Assembly: GCA_002633005.1 (NCBI GenBank)
Contig: NMRA01000532.1
Span: forward strand, 176,032-240,031
Reading direction: 5' to 3'
Origin: Phoronis australis
Taxonomy: Eukaryota > Animalia > Phoronida
Length of the DNA: 64,000 bases
Shown: one piece after another, positions 25,801-37,800 of the stretch
How positions within the stretch are numbered: the first letter of the stretch is position 1
Layout of the letters: each line of letters begins with the position of its first letter
Translations under genes and position numbers: made by a program
The notes under the pieces: generated by a model
The model's input: only the letters and a program-made list of their open reading frames with translations
Database searches by the model: none
What the model was told of the DNA's origin: nothing

Positions 25801-28800
25801 GACGACATCTGTGGACAGCAACTTGAACCAAATACCAAGCATGAAGGACAGAGTGTGGCCTTCTCGGCTACGGGCTTGACGTTTGTCGTCTTTTATCCCC
25901 ATTTTAGCGATTCTATGCACAATGTGTGGAAGGAACTGCTGCTGTCCGGACATTTGTTACCGGGAATCACTGGACCATACCGTGCCTAGCCAGAAGTGAA
26001 AGTGAAATGACCAGACTTGCTCTGGGAAATCCCTGATTCTCCTGGGTAGAAGGGTACATAAAATGACCAGACAAGCGGAAGAACTGGTGGTTGTGGACGC
26101 TATCTGAAAACACCAACTAGGTTCAAATACCAAGCACCCGTAGCAGATGAATGTGCTCTATTTGGCTACGGACTTCTGCAGCCTCGCTCTACTAGAAGAG
26201 CCTAATGACTATGTTTACATCAAAGGGTTCTAATGAGTTTTAAATCAGTTGTTTCATGCAATGGGCCCAACCTATGTAACCTAGCTGCGCACGGTCGATG
26301 CTATTCAAGTATCGGGCCACCTGCAATGTTTTTCAAGCGACAGATTTAATTACACTTTCCGTCCTAACTTATTACTTCGTGAGAATCCAAGGTACTTAAC
26401 AACTTACTTGTCGTTGCTTCAACTGTGAATTTCATACTTGTATCGTGGAACTACTGTCAGATTCAGCGGAGTATCAAATACATTGATTCAGTGTTGACGG
26501 ACTGTGTGAGCTAAAGTAAACTAAAGCTGTGCTTAAAGACGGCTTTTAACTTAATCACACACATTTATTTCAGACCAACCAGAGGCTCTTGAAAGCTAAA
26601 CAGGCCAGTACTCAGTACTTGAACAACTTTGTTGAGGACGGTAGTCACGTGGCCTTGGTCTCGTTTTCAAGCTCAGCTATAACGCTGCATCAGATGACGG
26701 TTATACATAGTCAACTTGACAGGGATTCCCTTATCGGAGCACTTCCATCGGTCCCATCTGGATCTACATGTATTGGCTGTGGCTTGAAAAAAGCAATGCA
26801 GGTAAACAGAAAACAAGTACCCCTAACGCATCAACGGCGAATTGGTGGAGCGGAACTAGTATGTATTCTATATGGGATCATTTACTGCACTTTACAATCA
26901 ATTTTAACCAATCATCCGCTCACTTAAAATTGGCGATACGCGTGCGAGAATATGGAGCGCCAAAGAGTACCTTTCAGAGTGTTAAAATGTGCGTAATCAA
27001 CGTGTAATTTTGATTAATCAACGCACTAAATTAGTTCTGAATAGTCATTCTGCTCTTAACCAACGCACACTATTAAATGCGTACTTTTAATAAGTCTATA
27101 TAGTCCAGTCACGCCAATGCTCTCGGATCTCAAAATAGCGGAAGACTTTCTATATGGGTACAACACAGCTTTTGAAGAATGTTGCAGATTCTTATCAAGT
27201 GATAACGTAAATGATAACCCGTTACGTTCTGAATGTAAATTTATGATAGCCATTGGACATAACGAATAACTAACGCGTTGATTAAGCAAAAGTGCGTGTT
27301 GAAAAGGGGAAGAACTATGAACGTTTAACAAGTAGAAGTACTCGTTGAATAAGCAAAATTTCGCGTTGATTAAATACAGTTCAACACGCAGAAAGGTCCT
27401 CGTTTAAGAACTTGCCGCTCAATACACGGAGAATGCCGTACCAAAACGTCATTTTAAGAAAATATTGACACTTGTCTTACATCAAATACTCTTGCAGATT
27501 TTGGAAAGTAACAACGCGGCTAGAGGTGGTATAATATTCCTGCTGTCTGACGGTGGAGAAAATATGTATCCGTATATTAGAAACGTTAAACCAAGCCTTG
27601 TTGAAAAAGGCATCCTTGTGGATACCATACGATACTCTGAGAACGCTGATGAGCAGCTGTATTCGTTAGCAAAAGCGACGGGTGGTATGCCTATGTTTTC
27701 ATCCGACAGAGCAAATTCGTCTTCGCTACGGGAAAATTTCGAGAAATCTGCAACAGAACGTTCACAGAAAACTCCCAGCATAAAGGTAAACGTTTGTTGG
27801 TAAAATGAACATAACAACTTTCAATGTGCACGTTGCACATGTTCCTCGATCACGCAATTGTTTGTGGCTGACTTACGTACAACCAGGCTGTAAGCTGACT
27901 CTTTATTCAAATCGACAGTCCCTTCCTACTCAGAACCGGAAGTGCAAATTGTACACCACACAACCACACACTATTAATCCAACTGACACATTGGACGGAC
28001 GAATTGCGTTGGGTCTTGCTTTAGTTTTGAAGCTAAAGAAGTAGATGTTGTTTTTTGTTTCAACAGCGGCTTAATTCTGGCCAAAGTACAAGCCTTGCAT
28101 GGACAATGGACCGCAGTTCTATGAACTGGGTACAGTTTAGTCTCGGGGCGAGAAAAATGTGACCACAATCATGTGCTCTCATTGAAAATACACGGCAGCA
28201 TCTCTCATATTCTCGCGAAATCTTGCTTTTTATCAATGTCCTAGCGAGGTCTTAGCGTAACTGAGCTCCACCCAGTGTTTAGAGCGATGTTTATGGTGAA
28301 ATATCTTAAGATCGAGGTGAGCTTTAGATTTTGTTCTTGTTCCTAGTCCTAAAATTCACACATGCGGGCCGAGATTTTGTGGACTATGTCATGTCTATAT
28401 AAGACACAATTGCCGACTTCTTGCACGCAAACAATCCCCAAATCATATGCAGATAAGAATCATTTGACATTCAGAGCCCAGACACATATTTTTGGCATGT
28501 TAATGCCAATTCTTAAAAGTACTACACAAGAACTAGCCTGCACTGACATAATTCTAGCAACGGACTATGAACTGTGGTATTCATCAATTACACTGTTGTT
28601 CAAATGCAGTTCCGTAACCGACGGTTAAAAAGTCAGGTGAAATCTCTCGGGACACAGCGTCAGTGAACTCGACGTACTGATGGTTAAAGGCAGGCTGTCC
28701 CATATAATTATCTGCTCGCGGAGAAACGAGCCGCATTCATTGCCAGATTCGGTACCCACGCCAGGTGTCACTGCAAATCTGCAATGAATATACTGCATTA

Positions 28801-31800
28801 GTTATACACTAGCCGATAAGAAGACTGGCTGACCAATTTCATGCGCTCTGAAACTGACAACTCAGTTTGTGCTCCACTAAAGCGCATGTAACCACGACAG
28901 CCATGTCCAATCGAGTCTCGATAGCCATCAATTGTGCGCCGTCCCTGGTCTTCTGTGCCGCAATCGTAACAAGTGTGTCTTCCCCATCGCTACGCCGTTA
29001 GTTTGCTATTGCTCGAGACCATGCCCGGCGATCCGACGTGTCTCAAGAGAACTTATTGCGACAGTCTTAATCATAAACTGGGTATCAACTCTTCCTAAGC
29101 CCAGAATGCACTTGTAGTCTGCGCTAGGAAAACGATGAGACCAGTATTACAAAGGTGAGTAGGAAGCGGTGACGACAATCTTAGGAAACCACGACGAAAA
29201 CAACAGTAGAACAGATCCTCATAATAAACTCAAACGCAGCAGCAAAATGGCGGAAATCAAATTTTCAAACTCCTAAACGTCACTTTCGGAGTATGGCACG
29301 ACTAATTAATAAAATTACAAGAAGATGTATTTAACTGAGACATGCGTCTCGGATAATCAACGAACAGTATTTTTACTGAAAATGACATGAAAAAAGGTTT
29401 CTTTCTCCTTTAACTGTTGCGATCACCAGCAATGTTGTTTTTCCAGGTGCTAGACGAAATGTTCAAACTGAAAGCCTACAGCTCGAAAACATTCTCTACC
29501 TACATTGACGGAGACATTGGAACTAATACCGTGTTCTTTGTCTCGTGGACAGCATCGCGTAATTTCGACGTCGTCATCAAGAAACCTGATGGGACCCAGC
29601 TTCAATCTTCTTCATTTAGTTACGACGATAAATCTGACAGTCTACAAGTCTCCATTCCAGGCAAAACTCCAAAAGGTCTTTGGGAAATCGTTTTCACCAA
29701 CTCACATTCTTCGTCTGAGTATGACATCCAGCTTGCTGTGACGTCGCGACAAAACTCTGGTGACGTCGAGCCTGTGTTGCTTACGGCTTTCATTGAGACT
29801 CCGAAAAACGAAACGGTGGATTTCTCTGGTAATACCAAGTTTATAAAACATTGTATTTATGCAACGTCCAACCATCGTCTAACAACTAACATGTTTTGAC
29901 TTCGGAGATTTGCCTAATAGTAGCCCTTGTTATAATCTGATGACTTTAACTTGAAGAGCGTGAGATTTGACATGAAGCTAAAACAATTCCACACCTTGTC
30001 CAGTTTATTTCGTAGTTGCTTAATCCAACTCGCAAACTTGATCGTATAAATATATAAATCTTAAACTTGATTAATCAAATATTCCAACTCTATGGCACAG
30101 TTGACAAATAAAATCAAAATGTTGGTTTGCCAGGGAAGAACTACTGATAAAAAGCTTTCATCTTTGGAAGAGTTAGAATCTAAACATTGCCGCATTAAAG
30201 TGGCATACTGTACATGTAGTGGGCAAGATAATGACTTTCTGCCTTCAAGTTTAGCAAACCTGGAACCTTTACGGTTTTTGCAAAACGCTGTGCAGGCTGA
30301 GCTAAGTCCCACTTAATAAATGGCAGAGTATGGGAACCGTATTTAACTGGAACTGTTAAATCACGAAGCTCGATTTCAGCGAATGTCTGACAGACAACGT
30401 TGAGAATTGCAAGTTTGTAATGACATCAACAAATAATAATAACTACAAAAGTCTAGCTCATCCAGCAATAATATGAATATTCGTTTTTGGGATGTAAATG
30501 GATATTGTCCTTTCATATTTTCCTGATCCTTCTCAACCCACGTGGTTGAACCAAAACATCAACTGCGATCTGCACCATTCATTAGTTATCAAGGAAATTA
30601 ATGATTTGGACACGTCAGCAAATACTTTGGATCACTAATAAACCAGTTTATGGAGATTTCAATGACACTTAAAATACGTAATGTAGTAAAAACTAGTTGT
30701 AATTTATGCGAAACGACTGCTTTTTAAGAACTACTTAAATTTCAGACGCTTCCACATTGAAAGTAAAGGTATATGCGACCTTGCGGAAAGGATATCTACC
30801 CGTCACGGGAGCCGAAGTATATGCCATTTTGGAATCCGATTCTCACAAAATCACTCAAAAGTTGTTGGATAATGGGGCAGGTAGGAAATCAATTCAAAAT
30901 TTTAACATGGTCTTTATAGAGTATTTGATTTATTATATATTATTTATTTTTTATTTTGGACCAAACTAACTAGTGCATATATTTTTACTAAAGTCATTAC
31001 AGTTTGATGTTCGCGGGATATTGGGTGTGTGTGTTTGCGCGTGCGTGCGCGTGCGTGCGTGCGCGTGCGTATGTGTGCTTGTGTGAATCTTATACTTTAT
31101 AAACCTTTGAAGGCGCAGATACAAGCCTGGAAGACGGGGTGTATTCCGCTTATTTCATTAACTTCGCCGGAAATGGGAGATATGACGTCAAAGTAAGAGC
31201 TGCATTCTCACAAAATTCCACCAAAGTAAAGACCGTGTCCGGCGGACAGCAAGTGCTTGACGTTAATGCTCTGAATTCAAGTAAGCTGTTAGATTACATC
31301 GTATTTCTCTATCGTTAAACTTGTATTGTAAGATTTAGGACTGCTTTAGTGAAGGCAGGTTTGTGGGTCGGAAATAAAATTGGACTTTTGGTTCAAGTCC
31401 CAGACAACGTTACCCTAACCGAATTTTCGCGATTCTNTACATAAATCTTAAACTTGATTAATCAAATATTCCAACTCTATGCCTCTATGGCACAGTTGAC
31501 AAATAAAATCAAAATGTTGGTTTGCCAGGGAAGAACTACTGATAAAGATCTTTCATCTTTGGAAGAGTTAGAATCTAAACATTGCCGCATTAAAGTGGCA
31601 TACTGTACATGTAGTGGGCAAGATAATGACTTTCTGCCGTCACGTCTAGCAAACCTGGAACCTTTACGGTTTTTGCAAAACGCTGTGCAGGCTGAGCTAA
31701 GTCCCACTTAATAAATGACATGGTGTATGGGAACCGTATTTAACTGGAACTGTTAAATCACGAAGGTCGATTTCAGCGAATGTCTGACAGACAACGTTGA

Positions 31801-34800
31801 GAATTGCAAGTTTGTAATGACATCAACAAATAATAATAACTACAAAAGTCTATCTCATCCAGCAATAATATGAAAATTCGTTTTTGGGATGTAAACTGAT
31901 ATTGTCCTTTCATATTTTCCTGATCCTTCTCAACCCACGTGGTTGAACCAAAACATCAACTGCGATCTGCACCATTCATTAGTTATCAAGGAAATTAATG
32001 ATTTGGACACGTCAGCAAATACTTTGGATCACTAATAAACCAGTTTCTGGAGATTTCAATGACACTTAAAATACGTAATGCAGTAAAAACTAGTTACAAT
32101 TTATGCGAAACGACTGCTTTTTAAGAACTACTTAAATTTCAGACGCTTCCACATTGAAAGTAAAGGTATATGCGACCTTGCGGAAAGGATATCTACCCGT
32201 CACGGGAGCCGAAGTATATGCCATTTTGGAATCCGATTCTCACAAAATCACTCAAAAGTTGTTGGATAATGGGGCAGGTAGGAAATCAATTCAAAATTTT
32301 AACATGGTCTTTATAGAGTATTTGATTTATTATATATTATTTATTATTTATTTTGGACCAAACTAACTAGTGCATATATTTTTTACTAAAGTCATTACAG
32401 TTTGATGTTCGCGGGATATTGGGTGTGTGTGTTTGCGCGTGCGTGCGCGTGCGTGCGCGTGCGTGCGTGCGCATGCGTGTGTGTGCTTGTGTGTGTGTGT
32501 GCATGTGTGTATGGAAGTCTTTACGTAACCATAGTTTAAAGGGTGCTGAGCTTTCTATTGGAGTTTACTTCTGACTTTGAAGAGTCGTTACGCTTCGTCG
32601 TGATTTACTAGGCAGCCTCTCTAATATGGCAACTTCTCTTTTGCGCTTAGTGTGTGGGCTGCTAGGTACAAGAGCGTTTGCTACCTGTGTCGACGGACTG
32701 GCGGAGCGAACAGCCCTCTGTGTACATGACGAAAGCACCTCTTCCTCTATTGCTTATAGCATTTTCATCATAGCCATCTGTGTAGATTAGGGTCCAAGTG
32801 GTGTTGGAGTAGTCTTTGACCAAGGTTTCCAAGGTCAGAGACATCAAACCTGCCTCCAGGTGTCCCTGCTTTGCTCCAGTCCCAGTTAGTGCCAAGGATG
32901 GAAGGAGGAGTGCCAATCGACCATTCCTCAAAGTCTTGATGCATTTCCAGCGGTTGGTTGATTGAGGAAGGTAGTTTTGGTGATTTGCTGAAGCACCTGG
33001 AACATGTGTTGATATTGGTTGGTGCCTAGAGCATGGAGAGCTGTGGATTTCGCGGGACCGTCTTAATTTTCTCGCTCCCTCTCAAGATTTTTGCGTCCCT
33101 CCTTTCTTCTATTGCCGTGACGGGGATGGCTTTCGTGATACGTTGTCTGTGTTAGTTCTGGCAACTGTAGACAATGGGACACTGGTGGTCTCTCCTCTCG
33201 TTTGCAGTTGCTTGTTATACGTATTCTCTATCATGTTGTTTTAAAGTTTTAGTTGCTGGGCGAAATACAAGTGATTCATAACTGAATCAACCTTTCTGTC
33301 ATATTTTTGTAACCACATAACTAGAAATTAAAATGCTTGAATCCTCTAGTAAAAGTATCCATTACATTGAACAAATATTGAATCTTATAATTTATAAACC
33401 CTTGAAGGCGCAGATACAAGCCTGGAAGACGGGGTGTATTCCGCCTATTTCATTAACTTCACCGGAAATGGGAGATATGACGTCAAAGTAAGAGCTGCAT
33501 TCTCACAAAATTCCACCAAAGTAAAGACCGTGTCCGGCGGACAGCAAGTGCTTGACGTTAATGCTCTGAATTCAAGTAAGCTGTTAGATTACGTCGTGTT
33601 TCTTTATCGTTAAGCTTGTATTGTAAGAATTAGGACTGCTTTAGTGAAGGCAGGTTTATGGGTCGGAAATAAAATTGGAGTTTTGGTTCAAGTCCCAGAC
33701 AACGTTACCCTAACCGAATTTTCGCGATTCTTTCTGAGATCTTACGGAGACAAATGCGCCAGTAAAATCAGAACTACACAATCAGATCAATATTGACGCT
33801 GTGTAGGAATTGATTTAAGCACATGTAAATATCAATGTATTTCAGTAACATGTTTCAAGGAGACCAAAATGTTTAACACGAAGTGCAATCATTTTGTGTT
33901 TATGCTTTAACCCAATGTCAGCTATAAATATTTCAGCTACGACGGAAAATTCCACGCAAGTAACGTACATCGATACCGATCCGTTCTCTCGACAAGTCCC
34001 TTCTGGATCGTTTAAAGTCGTAAATCAACCGACTAGCAAGATGGATCTGTTCCCGCCTGATCCCATACTTGATTTAAAGGTACTTCAAATGTGTAGAGTG
34101 TGTGCAACCTTCAACACGTAGGCGGTAAAGATGCTGGAGTTCTGCCTAGGCTCAGAAGTTCGACAAATTAAATTGACGAAGCCAGCTTGCCGTACGTGTG
34201 TTTATACAGGCTACGTACATCTACAGCACCGGGATTACTTGAAATTTTACATGTGTAATTCGCCTGCTTTATGAAACCGCGTGTTCGAAGCTCATGTGTG
34301 TTACAGAATAGGTAGTCCTATGATAAACCAATGTATTGAATATCCCAAAAATTGTACCACTTGTCGACTTCATGTATCTTTGGAATCCTTGGCAACTTAA
34401 TAATCATTATATCAATTGACACAAATCAAACTTAATTGTCTTTATGAATATCAAAGATTGTAGAAATCCTTTGAGCTGTTGTGGAAACAGCACTGATTTA
34501 AATAGGCGGTCATTTTAATTTGTGCTCGAGGTGGCCTCCGCAGTAACTAGACCCCGAGGACCCAACCCTTCGGTGGAAGAACGGTCTCACGTGACTACCT
34601 GAATGTGTGCATTTCTACTGTTAGAACCGTCGCCGCACTAGCTTCAGTCACCTAGCACTGAGGTACTGTTAATTCAAAGTGCCTATTGCAACGCTATTAG
34701 CAGAGCGTCTGCTCGGATATAGAACAGTTTTGTGGTGGCGAATGTGAAATGCTTTTTTTAAAGAAACTCAGTAACGATTTTTGGTGTACAAAACTTCCTG

Positions 34801-37800
34801 GACGTTGCTTAAAGACACGGAACGGATCATTACGCAAACACGGAAACCTAAGCTCAAATAATATTCTTTCGACATGACATCGATTTTTTTCAAATTGAAC
34901 TGAATTTAATACAATTTTTTAGCTTAATTTTTATTTTTGGTTAATAACAATAACGTCAAGAATAATGGTTTTCTGTAACCATGCCCAACGCGTAAGGCGA
35001 ACTCACAACGTCCATTACTTTGCTGGAGAAGCTAAATACTGTCGATAAATTGTTAGAATACTTTAAAAGTAAAGTGGCGGATAAAGTTACTGGCTTTGAT
35101 TTCAGCGAATGGCTGGAATTAGAGATTGTTAATAATATCTCATGAAAAATAGATTTTGGTGTTCTGTAGCTCCTGTCAAAGGAAATAAGTACCAAGAATG
35201 CGTTCATTCGCTTTTAAACCAGATTATGTAATCGCATTTGAAGGTGGAAACTACAAATGCCAATTTGAGCTCAAATGAAAGCTGATATGGTATTTTTTTT
35301 AGTTTTACTATGTTTCAAGGAAGAAACAGTTTCAATACTATCAAACTGATTACCACACTGGAATCAGTACAATGTAGGTTCCTCACTACTTCAAATCGAT
35401 TGTGTATTTTCATGGCCTGTCCCGTTTTGTCGAAAATGCCATGTGCACTGGGAAACAGGGGCTCGAATGTTTATCTATTGGTAAATCATCAAAACTCGAG
35501 TTATATCTGTACCTTTATTCTTATCTCTTGTAGATAAAATCTGTATCCTACGACAACGCAACAGTGACGCTACAGTGGACAGCTGTAGGAGATGACTTGG
35601 ATCAGGGCCAAGGTAAGCAGCAAACTTGTAAATGAGATTCCCTATAAACTTCTAACGTCCCAGTCCGAAAGAAACACACACCGGGGGTCGGTTTTTTACA
35701 CACGTGATCATAGAATATAATGGAGACCATTAATTCCCAGACCTAGGATAATTGCTTGTTTTTTGTTTCATAGGTTACTGAAAAGTACAGTTTCCTTTTT
35801 TCCAGAAGTTGATAAAATGAACGTAATTCATAAATGTGAAAGCTCCTGACAATTTAATTTACATCCGGGGCTATTAATATATGGTGAGAGAGCATGGATT
35901 CAACAAACACAGTTTTTGTAGAAAACACAAAGATACAACAAGACCAGATTTAACAGCGTCGGTTCAGGGTTTCAGAAAATTTGAACGATTTAGAACACTG
36001 TTTAGAGCGCACACCGGGTATAACGATTTGTAAAGCACGTAGCTGTGTGACCCACCAATGTTGGTCCTCTAGAGGAGGCGTTACCTATAATATACATGTA
36101 AAGCAGGGTACTTAGAGCAGCGTGCGATGGCGTTTCAAACTTATCCACACCACGACAAACTGATCAATATCACCAAGTACAAACTGATCACTATCACCAA
36201 GTACACCGTGCAGAGCATCTGCAAAACAAAAGGCGCCAAGACACCAGTTTCGAAGGGGTGTAATTAAGTTGACCTTAGCAGTGTCTCTATAAGTCAATGT
36301 CAAATGATTTTACACACTTTTTTACGCTAGAAACCAATTGCTATCACCGTTTATGAAGCTCAAGCTGTGAGAATCAATATCGTGATTTCTGTATTGAGAT
36401 GCTTCGGGATAAGAAAATGCAGCTTCTAACATTTGTACCAAAGACATCTTTTTGAAACAGTGGACGACAATTTAAACACCCGTGGAATTATTGTGATTTT
36501 CGCTATTTCTTGGAAATGAAGAGCAACGTCTGAATGTTTGATTAATGTTTGAGTAATATGCTTACATCAAGAATTAATGTGAATATTTTGAACAAAATGT
36601 GAAATGAGCTCTTTTCATTTGCTTACAGCTGCTCGCTACGACTTCAGGCTATCCACCAACTTTAGCGAGATGAAGAGCAATTTTCATCTGTGCAATTCCG
36701 TCAGTCAAGACATGCTGACCGCCGGCAATCTTTCTCAGCCTCTTGTTGCCGGCAGTGTTGAGACGTTCACCGTGCAACTTGAGCAAACGGAAGTCAACGT
36801 GACGTACGCTTTTGCAGTCAAAGCTGTGGACGATCAAAACCATTTAGGCTCCATATCTAATTTGGTTACTGCAGCGATCGTATATGTTCCTCCCACGGAA
36901 GTTTCAACCGCAAAGATGACGACAACAGAACAGACTACGCTGGAGACTACTACCGTAACCACAACATTGCCGGAAACAAGTACAGGCGTAATCACAGGAA
37001 ATGTTGTGATCAATGTAACAACAACGACCACACTTGCTGCAACCGAAACACCGACAACAGCAGCAGCAGCAACAACAACATTAACAACATCAACATCAGT
37101 AATTTCAGCAAACATGTCGTTGGAAACGAGCAGTACAGGTTCGACAAATACAACCTCTTCGGTAATTTCCACTGTAAGTACAACAGCAGCGTCCACACCT
37201 TTAGCGACACCAACGGGAACTTCAACCACCACAGCATTGGCAAATACTACAGTGAGAAGTACTGAGACTGCGAAACCAACGCAGAATTCAAACAGTTCTT
37301 GGACATGGAATGCTAATGCTACAGGACCAGTACTGACACCCACCGTGAGTCCTAAGACGACATTAGCAGTAGCAACACCACAAACAACGAGAGGAGACTC
37401 TACAAGGAACTCCGGTTCGACTGCTCATACTATGTCCCAAGTGACATTAGACGCTACCGAAAACCACACAAATGCCGGGTTGCTTTCGAGTACGACCACG
37501 CATTTGACGTCGAACGAAACTAGTTCGACAACGGATGTAGTTACAGACGACCGGGCAACGACCGTTATTGAAAAGGAGGTAGGTACTTCTAGGATGAAGG
37601 AAGAGCAGACGACACAGTCTTCGAGAATAATGACGGTGGAAGAAGCGGCTACAACGCATTCACCGGAATCACCGAGTACAGCTCAGCTGGAAACGACGAA
37701 CACGGTTCCATCCTCTGCTGACACGGAAAAAAACCCAGCAGCATCAACAATACCTCAAACATGGACTCCTTCGGAGACGACTTCCCAAGCCAGAACATTG

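Larger units (their letters stand above)
30054..33731 (+). repeat. Duplication of CLCA exons 11-12 and flanks (30054-31436 / 31441-33731) with N at 31437
   Basis: Near-identical copies; the second has an extra ~890 bp. Confidence 0.85.

Noticed and set aside
30061-31711. Duplicated 74-85 aa ORFs (MAQLTNKIKML…)
   Set aside because: Intronic, no recognisable motif; repeated only because of the allelic duplication
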